Positions 1-11,036 of a stretch of 45,565 nt of DNA are shown piece after piece (positions within the stretch are counted from its first letter, which is position 1; each line of letters opens with the position of its first letter). Origin of the DNA: Heterodontus francisci (lineage: Eukaryota); contig NW_027140453.1 in assembly GCF_036365525.1 (NCBI RefSeq), positions 1,364,001 to 1,409,565 of the forward strand, written 5' to 3'. The notes beneath the pieces were generated by a model. The model made no database searches and was not told the origin of the DNA. It was given only the letters and a program-made list of their open reading frames with translations. The position numbers and the translations under genes are program-made.

Positions 1-3000
1 AGGGGCTGGAGGAGGTTACAGAGTTTGGGAGGGTTGTAGGGGCTGGAGGAAGTTACAGAGATGGGGTGGGGTGTAGTGGCTGGAGTAGGTAATAGAGATA
101 GGGAGTGCTTTAGGGACTGGAGGAGGTAACAGAGATAGGGAGGTTTGTAGGGGCTGGAAGACGTTACAGAGATAGGGAGGGGTGCAGGGGCTGGAGGAGA
201 TAACAGAGATAGGGAGTGGTGTCGGGGCTGGAAGAGGTTACAGAGATAGGGGGCTTTAGGGGATGGAGGAGGTTACAGAGATAGGGAGGGTTGTAGGGGC
301 TGGAAGAGATTACAGAGATAGGGGTGGGTGTAGAGGCTGGAGGATGTTACTGAGATAGGACGGGTTTTAGGGACTAGGAAGAGGTTACAGGGATATGGAG
401 GAGTGTGGAGGCTGGAGGTTACAGTGATAGGGAGGGCTGTAGGGGCTGGAGGTGGTAACAGAGATAGGGAGGGTTGTAGCGGCTGGAAGATGTTACAGAG
501 ATAGGAAGGGGAGTCGAGGTTGGAAGAGGTTACAGAGATAGGGAGGGTTATCAGGGTTGCAAGAGGTTTCAGAGATAGGGTGGGTTGTAGAGGCTGGAGG
601 AGGCTATAGAGTTAGGGAGGGTTGTTGGGGCTGGTAGAGTTATCAGAGATAGGGAGAGCTGTAGGGGCTGGGGGAGGTAACAGAGATAGGGAGGGCTGTA
701 GGGGCTGGTAGAGTTTACAGATATAGGGAGGGGTTTAGGGGCTGGAGGAGGTTACAGAGATAGGGAGGGTTGTCGGGGCTGGAGGAGGTTACAGAGATAG
801 GGAGGGTTGTAGTGGCTGGAGGAGGTTACAGAGATAGGGAGGGCTGTCGTGGCTGGAGGAGGTAATAGAGATAGGGAGTGCTGTGGGGGCTGGAGGAGGT
901 AACAGAGATAGGGAGGGCTGTAGGGGCTGGTAGAGTTTACAGATATAGGGCGGGCTTTAGGGGCTGGAGGAGGTAACAGAGAAAGGGAAGGTTGGAGGGG
1001 CTGGAGGAGGTTACAGAGATAGGGTGGGGTGTAGTGGTTGGAGGAGGTTACAGAGATAGGGAGGGTTGTCGTGGCTGGAGGAGGTTACAGAGATAGGGAG
1101 TCTTGTAGGGGCTGGTAGAGTTTACAGATATAGGGAGGGATTTAGGGGCAGGATGAGGTTACAGAGTTAGGGAGTGCTGTAGGGGCTGGAGGAGGTAACA
1201 GTAATAGGGAGGGTTGTAGGTGCTGGAAGACGTTACAGAGATAGGGATGGGTGCAGGGCCTGGAGGAGATAACAGTGATAGGGAGTGTTGTCGGAGCTGG
1301 AAGAGGTTACAGAGATAGGGAGGGTTGCAGGGGCTGGAGGAGGTTACAGAGATAGGGTGGGGTGTAGGGGTTGGAGGAGGTTAAAGAGTTAGGGAGGGAT
1401 TTAGGGGCAGGATGAGGTTACAGAGTTAGGGAGTGCTGTAGGGGCTGGAGGAGGTAACAGTAATAGGGAGGGTTTGTAGGGGCTGGAAGACGTTACAGAG
1501 ATAGGGATGGGTGCAGGGCCTGGAGGAGATAACAGTGATAGGGAGTGTTGTCGGAGCTGGAAGAGGTTACAGAGATAGGGAGGGTTGCAGGGGCTGGAGG
1601 AGTTTACAGAGATAGGGTGGTGTGTAGGGGTTGGAGGAGGTTAAAGAGATAGGGGGGTTGTAGTGGCTGGAGGAGGTTACAGAGATAGGGAGGGTTGTAG
1701 TGACTGGAGGCGGTAATAGAGATAGGGAGTGCTGTAGTGGCTGGAGGAGGTAACAGAGATAGGGAGTCTTGTAGGGGCTGGTAGAGTTTACAGATATAGG
1801 GAGGGGTTTAGGGGTAGGAAGAGGTTACAGAGTTAGGGAGTGCTGTAGGGGCTGGAGGAGGTAACAGTGATAGGGTGGGTTGTAGGGGCTGGAAGACGTT
1901 ACAGAGATAGGGATGGGTGCAGGGCCTGGAGGAGATAACAGAGATAGGGAGTGTTGTCGGAGCTGGAAGAGGTTACAGAGATAGGGAGGGTTGCAGGGGC
2001 TGGAAGAGATTACAGAGATAGGGAGGGCTGTAGGGGCTGGGGGAGGTAACAGAGATAGGGAGGGTTGTAGAGGCTGGTAGAGTTTACAGATATAGGGAGG
2101 GGTCCAGCGGCTGGAGGAGGTTACAGAGTTAGGGAGGGTTGTAGGGGCTGGAGGAGGTTACAGAGATAGGGAGGTTTGTCGGGGCTGGAGGAGGTAACAG
2201 AGATATGGAGGGTTATAGGCGCTGGAGGAGGTTACAGAGATAGGGAGGGTTGAAGGGACTGGTGGAGGTTACAGAGATAGGGAGGGTTGAAGGGTCTGGA
2301 GCTGGTAACAGAGATAGAGAGAGCTGTAGGAGCTAAAGCAGGTTACAGAAATGGGGAGGGGTCCAGTGGCTGAAGGAGGTTACAGAGATAGGGACGGGTG
2401 TAGGGGCTAGAGGAGGTAACAGAGATAGGGAGAGCTGTAGGGGCTGGAGGAGATAACAGAGTTAGGGATGGGTGTAGGAGCTAGAGGAGGTTACAGCGAT
2501 AGGGTGGGTTGTAATGGCTGAAGGAGGTTACATAGATGGGGAGGGTTGCAGGGTCTGGTGGAGGTTACAGAGGTAGGAAGTGTTGTAGGGGCTGGAGGAG
2601 GTAACAGAGTTAGGGATGGGTGTAGGGGCTGGAGGAGGTAAACGAGATAGGGAGAGCTGTCGGGGCTACAGGATGTTACAGAGTTATGGAGGGGTGCAAG
2701 GGCTGGAGGATGTTGCAGAGATAGGGAGTGTCGTAGGGGCTGGAGGAGGTTGCAGAGATAGGGAGGTGTGTAGGAGCTGGAGGAGGTTACAGAGATCAGG
2801 AGAGCTGTCGGGGCTGGAGGAGGTTACTGAGATAGGGAGGGTTGTAGGGACTGGTGGAGGTTACAGAGATAGGGAGGGGTGTCGGGGCTGATGGAGGTTA
2901 CAGAGAAATGGAGGGTTGTAGGGGCTGGAGGAGGTTGCAGAGATAGGGATGGGTGTTGGGGCTGGAGGATGTTACAGAGATAGGGAGGGTTGTAGGGGCT

Positions 3001-3135
3001 GGAGGAGGTTACAGAGATAGGGAGGGTTGTAGGGGATGGAGGAGGTTACAGAGTTAGGGAGGGTTGTAGGGGCGGGAGGAGGTTACAGAGTTAGGGAGGG
3101 TTGTAGGGGCTGGAGGAGGTTACAGAGGTAGGGAC
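1..3135. repeat. G-rich minisatellite, ~37-bp unit (AGAGATAGGGAGGGTTGTAGGGGCTGGAGGAGGTTAC), roughly 80+ copies
   Basis: Unit visibly repeated head-to-tail; GTTACAGAG recurs with period 37 (e.g. 2971, 3008). ORF 2616..2891 is a repeat artefact. Confidence 0.95.
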
Positions 3136-3170
3136 GGTTCGCGTGGGGTTGCATTTTGCACTGATCTTAC

Positions 3171-3231
3171 ACTGTTAATCCACTTCCGTTTCCAAAGTAC
3201 ACGTGGTTATAATTTCCCGTATTCACGCCAC
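3171..3231 (-). pseudogene. TRBJ: Degenerate TCR J segment (GVNTGNYNHVYFGNGSGLTV*), probable pseudo-J
   Basis: Minus strand reads ...TAT AAC CAC GTG TAC TTT GGA AAC GGA AGT GGA TTA ACA GT then GTAAGA (FGxG-x-x-LTV motif). Heptamer-like CACATTG at 3232-3238 (+), but the nonamer at 12 bp is poor (GCCTTCAAA). The donor is in phase 2 rather than 1. Confidence 0.6.
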
Positions 3232-3600
3232 CACATTGCTCACGTAAAAGGCCTTCAAACCATTACTCTGTCAGTTATGAGCCGCCTCTGAGACAGAACC
3301 CTCTCTGACCCTCATTGCCCGAGTCCCAGTCCAGAGCTGCAAGCCGATCATCCAGGGCAACACTACCACCAGGACTGAGAGAAAAGGAGACTTAGAACAG
3401 GACTGTGTAGGAAAGCGAGGGAGTGGTAGTTGATTGAACACAAACGAAGGATGGCAAGGAGAGAGGGGGCAAGCAGAGACAAACAACAGGGAAAGGGAAG
3501 AGGGCAAGGAGAGAGAGAGATAAGGATGAGAAATAATGAGGATGAGGAACTTAGTGGCAGAAACTGTGAACGAAAGAGAAATAAAGTGAGTTCACACAAG

Positions 3601-6175
3601 ATTTACTACAGGCCTCCCAACAGCGAGCGTGAGATAGAGGTACAAATATGTAAACAGATTATGGAAAGATGTAGGAGCAACAGGGTGGTGGTGATAGGAG
3701 ATTTTAATTTTCCCAACATTGACTGGGATTCGCTTAGTGTTAGAGGTCCAGATGGAGCAGAATTTGTAAGGAGCATCCAGGAGGGTTTTCTAGAGCAGTA
3801 TGTAAATAGTCCAACTCGGGAAGGGGCCAGACTGGACCTGGTGTTGGGGAATGAGCCCGGCCAGGTTGTTGAAGTTTCAGTAGGGGACTACTTTGGGAAT
3901 AGTGATCACAATTCCGTAAGCTTTAAAATACTCATGGACAAAGACGAGAGTGGTCCAAAAGGGAGAGTGCTAAATTGGGGGAAGGCCAACTACACCAAAA
4001 TTCGGCAGGAGCTGGGAAATGTAGATTGGGAGCAGCTGTTTGAAGGTAAATCCACATGTGATATGTGGGAGGCTTTTAAAGAGAGGTTGATTAGCGTGCA
4101 GGAGAGACATGTTCCTGTGAAAATGAGGGATAGAAATGGCAAGATTAGGGAACCATGGATGACAGGTGAAATTGTGAGACTAGCTAAGAGGAAAAAGGAA
4201 GCATACATAAGGTCTAGGCGGCTGATGAAAGACGAAGCTTTGAAAGAATATCGGGAATGTAGGACCAATCTGAAACGAGGAATTAAGAGGGCTAAAAGGG
4301 GTCATGAAATATCTTTAGCAAACAGGGTTAAGGAAAATCCCAAAGCCTTTTATTCATATATAAGGAGAAAGAGGGTAACTAGAGAAAGGATTGGCCCACT
4401 AAAGGACAAAGGAGGAAAGTTATGCGTGGAGTCAGAGAAAATGGGTGAGATTCTAAACGAGTACTTTGCATCGGTATTCACCGAGGAGAGGGACATGACG
4501 GATGTTGAGGTTAGGAACAGATGTTTGATTACTCTAGGTCAAGTCGGCATAAGGAGGGAGGAAGTGTTGGGTATTCTAAAGGGCATTAAGGTGGACAAGT
4601 CCCCAGGTCCGGATGGGATCTATCCCAGGTTACTGAGGGAAGCGAGAGAGGAAATAGCTGGGGCCTTAACAGATATCTTTGCAGCATCCTTAAACACGGG
4701 TGAGGTCCCGGAGGACTGGAGAATTGCTAATGTTGTCCCCTTGTTTAAGAAGGGTAGCAGGGATAATCCAGGTAATTATAGACCGGTGAGCCTGACGTCA
4801 GTGGTAGGGAAGCTGCTGGAGAAGATACTGAGGGATAGGATCTATTCCCATCTGGAAGAAAATGGGCTCATCAGTGATAGGCAACATGGTTTTGTGCAGG
4901 GAAGGTCATGTCTTACCAACTTAATAGAATTCTTTGAGGAAGTGACAAAGTTGATTGATGAGGGAAGGGCTGTCGATGTCATATACATGGACTTCAGTAA
5001 GGCGTTTGATAAGGTTCCCCATGGCAGGCTGATGGAGAAAGTGAAGGCGCTTGGGGTCCAAGGTGTACTAGCTAGATGGATAAAGAACTGGCTGGGCAAC
5101 AGGAGACAGAGAGTAGCAGTAGAAGGGAGTTTCTCAAAATGGAGACGTGTGACCAGTGGTGTTCCACAGGGATCCGTGCTGGGACCACTGTTGTTTGTGA
5201 TATACATTAATGATTTGGAGGAAAGTATAGGTGGACTGATTAGCAAATTTGCAGACGACACTAAGATTGGTGGAGTAGCAGATAGTGAAGGGGACTGTCA
5301 GAGAATACAGCAGAATATAGATAGATTGGAGGCTTGGGCAGAGAAATGGCAGATGGAGTTCAATCAGGGCAAATGCGAGGTGATGCATTTTGGAAGATCC
5401 AATTCAAGAGTGAACTATACAGTAAATGGAAAAGTCCTGGGCAAAATTGATGTCCAGAGAGATTTGGGTGTTCAGGTCCACTGTTCCCTGAAGGTGGCAA
5501 CGCAGGTAAATAGAGTGGTCAAGAAGGCATACGGCATGCTTTCCTTCATCGGACGGGGCATTGAGTACACGAGTTGGCAGGTCATGTTACAGTTGTATAG
5601 GACTTTGGTTCGGCCACATTTGGAATACTGCGTACAGTTCTGGTCGCCACATTATCAAAAGGATGTGGATGCTTTGGAGAGGGTGCAGAGGAGGTTCACC
5701 AGGATGTTGCCTGGTATGGAGGGCGCTAGCTATGAAGAGAGGTTGAGCAGATTAGGATTATTTTCATTAGAAAGACGGAGGTTGAGGGGGGACCTGATTG
5801 AGGTGTACAAAATCATGAGAGGTATAGACAGGGTGGATAGCAAGAGGCTTTTTCCCAGAGTGGGGGTTTCAATTACTAGAGGACACGAGTTCAAAGTGAA
5901 AGGGGAAAAGTTTAGGGGGGATATGCGTGGAAAGTTCTTTACGCAGAGGGTGGTGGGCACCTGGAACGCATTGCCAGCGGAGGTGGTAGATGCGGGCACG
6001 ATGGAGTCTTTTAAGATGTATCTAGACAGATACATGAATAGGCAGGAAGAAAAGAGATACAGAACCTTAGAAAATAGGCGACATGTTTAGAGAGAGGATC
6101 TGGATCGGCGCAGGCTTGGAGGGCCGAAGGGCCTGTTCCTGTGCTGTAATTATCTTTGTTCTTTCTTTGTTCTAT
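3601..6175 (+). mobile_element. CR1-clade LINE, 5'-truncated; ORF2 (C-terminal AP endonuclease + reverse transcriptase) open to 6090
   Basis: YYRPPN, GDFNFP, SDHN endonuclease motifs; RT motifs YMDFSKAFDKV, GVPQGSVLGP, FADD; CR1 3'UTR GGGCCGAAGGGCCTGTT and short-repeat tail. The N-terminus of ORF 3430..3600 is flanking read-through. Confidence 0.95.
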
Positions 6176-6179
6176 GACA

Positions 6180-6530
6180 CCAAGGATGAGAGACTTCAGT
6201 TAATGTGGAGAGACTGGAGGAGCTGGGATTGTTCTCCTGAAGAGACGGTTCAGGGGAGATTTAACAGAGACGTTTGCAATCGGTCATGGTTTTGACAGAG
6301 TAAATGAGGCGAAACTGTTTCCCGTGACACAAAGCAGCGAGCTGTTGTGATGTGGAATGCACTGCCTGAAAGGGCGGTGGGATTGACTCAGAGTATTACA
6401 AAGAGAATTGGGTCAACAGCTGAAGGGAGGAATTGCAGGTCTATAGCGATAGGGTGGGAGGGAACTGGGATCAATCAGACAGCTGTAGAAAAGAGCCAAC
6501 CCTGGCACCATGGTCAATGGTCCAGAACTG
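6180..6530 (+). mobile_element. Old degenerate CR1 3' fragment
   Basis: GAGAGACTGGAGGAGCTGGGATTGTTCTCC and TGGAATGCACTGCCTGA match the CR1 ORF2 C-terminus (ERL..LGLFS, WNALP). Confidence 0.65.
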
Positions 6531-6534
6531 TATT

Positions 6535-7620
6535 GCTCTCTCTGACTGAATCTCTCTCTCTCTCTCTCTCTACCTGAATCTCTCTCTCCTTTTCTCTCTC
6601 AATCTCTATAAATCTCTCCCTCGCGGATTCTCTCCCTCTCTCCCTGAATCTCTCCCTCTCTCTCTGAATCGGTCCCACTCTCTCTCTCTGAATCTCTCCC
6701 CCTCTCTCTCTTGGGTTCTCTCCCTCTCTCCCTGAATCTCTCCCTCTCTCTCTGAATTGCTCTCTCTCTGACTGAATCTCTCGCCCTCTCTCTGCCTGAA
6801 TCTCTCTCTCCTTTAGTCTCTCAATCTCTGTAAATCTCTGTCTCTCTTGGGTTCTCTCCCTCTCTCCCTGAATCTCTCCCGCTCTCTCTGAATTGCTCTC
6901 TCTCTCTCTCTAAATCTCTCTCTCTCTCTGTCTGAAACCCCCCCACTCTGAATCGCTCCCACTCTCTCTCTTTCTGCCTCTCTCTCTCTGAATTGCTCTC
7001 TCTCTCTCTCTCTTTAAATCTCTCTCTCTCTCTGAAACACCCCCCACCCTCTGAATCGCTCCCACTCTCTTTCACTCTGCCTCTCTCTCTCTGAATTGCT
7101 CTCTCTCTCTCTAAGTCTCTCTCTCTCTCTCTCTGAAACACACCCCTTCCCTCTGAATCACTCCCACACCCTCTCTCTCTCTCTGCCTCTCTCTCTCTCT
7201 GAATATCTCCCCCTCTCTCGAAATCACACTCTCTCTTTCTGAAAAAAATTCTCTCTCTCTGCCTCTCATTCTCTCTCGGAGTGTTTCTCTCTCAATGTGT
7301 GATTCTCTCTCTCTGTTTATCTCACTGGCTTTCTGTCTGCCTCTCTACTGCCTGCAGTCTCTCTCTCTCTCTCTCTCTCTGTTACTGTTTATTTTTTCTC
7401 TCCGTTTCTTTCTCTCTCTCTCTCTCTTCCCTCTCTCTTTCTCTCTGTTTCTTTCCATCTATCTCTGTGTCATCACTCTCTCTGTGTTTCTTTCCCTCTC
7501 TCTCTGTTGCTTTCCCTCTCTTTCTGCATCTTTCTCTCTCTCTGGTTCCATTTTTTGCTCGCCATTTTTTCTATCTCACATTTTTCTCTGCTTATTTCCT
7601 TTTCTGTTTATTTCCCCCTC
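6535..7620. repeat. CT-rich microsatellite/low-complexity tract
   Basis: (CT)n with recurring CTGAAT units; ORFs here are S/L or R/E artefacts. Confidence 0.9.
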
Positions 7621-7777
7621 TCTGCACCAAAGAGACACAATGATCAAATGGCCTCTTCCAACACAATAATAAGATTCCATCTGGTCAGACACGGTAAACT
7701 CAGAGATGTTATTGTGCGTACCGGCTCCTTTTGCCCCCCAACTCAACCTCCAGCACCTGGACTCGAGCATTACTTAC

Positions 7778-7826
7778 CCAGTACGGTGAGTCGGGTCCTA
7801 CCTCCGAAGGTAGCTGGATCGTTCAC
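7778..7826 (-). CDS. TRBJ: TCR beta-type J segment (VNDPATFGGRTRLTVLG)
   Basis: 49-nt segment GTG AAC GAT CCA GCT ACC TTC GGA GGT AGG ACC CGA CTC ACC GTA CTG G followed by a perfect phase-1 donor GTAAGT (7777-7772); preceded by a 12-RSS. Confidence 0.88.
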
Positions 7827-7854
7827 CACAGAGAGTGAACCCACCATTGAAACC
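7827..7854 (+). other. 12-RSS of J: CACAGAG-12 bp-ATTGAAACC
   Basis: Heptamer 7827-7833, spacer 7834-7845 (12 nt), nonamer 7846-7854, abutting the J coding end. Confidence 0.8.
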
Positions 7855-8056
7855 TCCCTCCCCCAGCAAGCCTCTCGCCTTGCCTGGGCAGTTTGCTATC
7901 TCTTCAGGGGGCATGTGCCCCATGAGATGGTCAACTCAGGATTCAGTCTGCTCCTGCCTGTCCTGACAGTGGAGGTACCTTGCTGCAGGGGTAGGGATTT
8001 CCTGGGCACTGGGGCAGGCAGTCGGGTAGCCTGTGAGAAGGGCAAGAGAATGGTGG

Positions 8057-8137
8057 AGTTCTTGCACGGGGTGAGCACAGGAATGTAACACGGTGCTATA
8101 CTGACCTCCCACGATGTTACTAAGCAGTTCAATAAAA
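8057..8137 (-). other. TRBD: Candidate D segment (coding 8096-8109, GGAGGTCAGTATAG) with 5' 12-RSS and 3' 23-RSS
   Basis: 3' RSS on minus: CACCGTG (8095-8089), 23 nt, GCAAGAACT (8065-8057), nearly identical to the GCAAGAACC nonamer of the V at 31850. 5' RSS on plus: CACGATG (8110-8116), 12 nt, TCAATAAAA (8129-8137, weak). Lies ~270 bp upstream of J with TRB-type 12/23 geometry. Confidence 0.65.
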
Positions 8138-8329
8138 CCTCTCCCCCCCCCCCCCTCTCTCTCTCATTTTTCTGTCCCTTTATCTCTCACTTCAAATTTC
8201 CCTTTTAATCACGTGTCCTTCCCTTTTCAGAGTTATTATCCCATTGGAAGTCTCCTGTTTCCATAAACACTTTCTCTCCTCCATATTCTAATCTTCTTCT
8301 CCCTGTATAAGTCTCTCGACAAGTCTTTC

Positions 8330-11005
8330 TCTCTCTGTGACTCCATTCCTGTCTCTGTCTGTCTTTCTCTCTCTCTCTATCTCTCCCTGTCCCTCTGNNN
8401 NNNNNNNNNNNNNNNNNNNNNNNNNNNNNNNNNNNNNNNNNNNNNNNNNNNNNNNNNNNNNNNNNNNNNNNNNNNNNNNNNNNNNNNNNNNNNNNNNNNN
8501 NNNNNNNNNNNNNNNNNNNNNNNNNNNNNNNNNNNNNNNNNNNNNNNNNNTCTCTTTCTGTCTTGGTCTGTCTGTCTGTCTCCCTCTCTCTCTGTGTCTC
8601 TCAATCTCTTTGTCTTGATCTCTGTTTTGCTTCTTCCATTTATTCATTTTCTCCCTTTCTCTCTCTTTATCTTTGCCTGTCTCTGATGTTCTTCCTTTTC
8701 TCTCTCAGCATCACATCTCTCACTGTCTCTCGTTCTCTGCCTCTCTTTGTCTCTTTCTGTCTCTCCCAGTCTCTCCATCTCTGTCTCACTATTTCACTCT
8801 GTCTCTCTTACTGTGTCTAAAACTAAAAATTGGCTAGCTGAAAGAAGACAGAGGGTGGTGGTTGATGGCAAATGTTCATCCTGGAGTTTAGTTACTAGTG
8901 GTGTACCGCAAGGTTCTGTTTTGGGGCCACTGCTGTTTGTCATTTTTATAAACGACCTGGATGAGGGTGTAGAAGGGTGGGTTAGTAAATTTGCGGATGA
9001 CACGAAGGTCGGTGGAGTTGTGGATAGTGTCGAAGGGTGTTGTAGGGTACAGAGGGACATAGATAGGCTGCAGAGCTGGGCTGAGAGATGGCAAATGGAG
9101 TTTAATGCGGAGAAGTGTGAGGTGATTCACTTTGGAAGGAGTAACAGCAATGCAGAGTACTGGGCTAATGGGAAGATTCTTGGTAGTGTAGATGAGCAGA
9201 GAGATCTTGGTATCCAGGTACATAAATCCCTGAAAGTTGCTACCCAGGTTAATAGGGCTGTTAAGAAGGCATATGGTGTGTTAGCCTTTATTAGTAGGGG
9301 GATCGAGTTTCAGAGCCACGGGGTCATGATGCAGCTGTACAAAACTCTGGTGAGGCCGCACCTGGAGTATTGCGTGCAGTTCTGGTCACCGCATTATAGG
9401 AAGGATGTCGAAGCTTTGGAAAGGGTGCAGAGGAGATTTACTAGGATGTTGCCTGGTATGGAAGGAAGGTCTTACGAGGAAAGGCTGAGGGACTTGGGGT
9501 TGTTTTCGTTAGAGAGAAGGAGGAGGAGAGGTGACTTAATAGAGACATACAAGATAATCAGAGGGTTAGATAGGGTGGATAGTGAGAGTCTTTTTCCTCG
9601 GATGAGGATGGCAAACACGAGGGGACATAGCTTTAAGTTGAGGGGTGAAAGATATAGGACAGATGTCAGAGGTAGTTTCTTTACGCAGAGAGTAGTAGGG
9701 GCGTGGAACGCCCTGCCTGCAACAGTAGTAGACTCGCCAACTTTAAGGGCATTTAAGTGGTCATTGGATAGACATATGGATGTAAATGGAATAGTGTAGG
9801 TCAGATGATCGGCGCAACATCGAGGGCCGAAGGGCCTGTACTGCGCTGTAATATTCTAATCTAATCTAATCACACTATATCTCTGTCTATCTGTCTCTGA
9901 CTGTCTGTCTGTCTCTCTCTGTCTGGCTGTCTGTCTGTCTCTCCCTCTGTCTCTCTGTTTGCCTGTCTCTCTTTCTCCCTCTCCATCTGTCTGTCTGCCT
10001 CTCTCTCTCTCTCTCTCTGTCCCTGTCCCTCCCTCTGCTTCTTTGTCTTGTTCTCTGTTTACCTTTACTCCTTCTCTCCCTTTCTCTCTCTCTCTATCTT
10101 TGCCTGTCTCTGACGTTCTTCTTTCTTCTCTCTGCCTCTCACTCTCTCACTGTCTCTGTCTGCCTCTCTCTCTGTCTCTCTCTTTCGCTCTGTCTCTCCA
10201 TCTGTCTCACTACCTCACTCCGTCTCTCTTTCTCGGCCTCACGCTATTTCACTCGATCTCTGTCTGCTGTCTCTCTCGGTCTCTCTCTCGGTCTCTCCCT
10301 GTCTCTCTCTCTCTGACTCTCTCTGCCTCTTTGTCTTGTTCTCTGTATCCTTCCTCCCTTTACTCTTTCTCTCCCTTTCTCTCACTCTATCTTTGCCTGT
10401 CTCTGACGTTCTTTTTTCTCCTCTCTGCCTCTTCGACTCTCACTGTCTCTGTCTGCCACTCTCTCCGCCTCTCCCTCTCTCTGTATCTCTGTCTCTCTCC
10501 GCCTATCTGTCTCTCTNNNNNNNNNNNNNNNNNNNNNNNNNNNNNNNNNNNNNNNNNNNNNNNNNNNNNNNNNNNNNNNNNNNNNNNNNNNNNNNNNNNN
10601 NNNNNNNNNNNNNNNNNNNNNNNNNNNNNNNNNNNNNNNNNNNNNNNNNNNNNNNNNNNNNNNNNNNNNNNNNNNNNNNNNNNNNNNNNNNNNNNNNNNN
10701 NNNNNNNNNNNNNNNNNNNNGCCACTCTCTGTCTCTCTGCCCCATCTCTCTTTCTGACTCTCTGTCTTGTTGTATTCCTCCTTACCTTTACTCTTTCTCT
10801 CCCTTTCTCTCTCTCTATCTCGGCCTGTCTCTGACGTTCTTCCTTCTCCTCTCTGCCTCTCACTCTCTCACTGTCTCTGTCTGCCTCGCTCTCTGTTTCT
10901 TTCTTTCTCCCTGTCTCTCCATCTGTCGCACTACCTCAACGGTTTCTCTTTCTGTGCCTGACACAATCTCACTCTATCTCTGTCTACTGTCTCGCTCTGT
11001 CTATC

Positions 11006-11036
<31 letters not shown>

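Noticed and set aside
1-3135. G-rich repeat downstream of J as an Ig switch-like region
   Set aside because: The G-rich strand would be the template for this minus-strand locus, AGCT is sparse, and TCR loci do not class switch. Best read as an ordinary minisatellite.
3271-3375. Acceptor-like CTCTCAG followed by a hydrophobic ORF (possible TM or C exon)
   Set aside because: All frames stop early; no Ig C1 Cys/Trp pattern or TCR transmembrane motif.
7630-7696. J-like peptide YYCVGRGHLIIVS after a CACGGTA heptamer
   Set aside because: No F/W before GxG, no nonamer at 12 or 23 bp, no good donor.
8383-8397. GGGACAGGGAG on minus resembling canonical D-beta
   Set aside because: Embedded in CT microsatellite with no 3' heptamer; the other side is an N-gap, so a D hidden in the gaps cannot be excluded.
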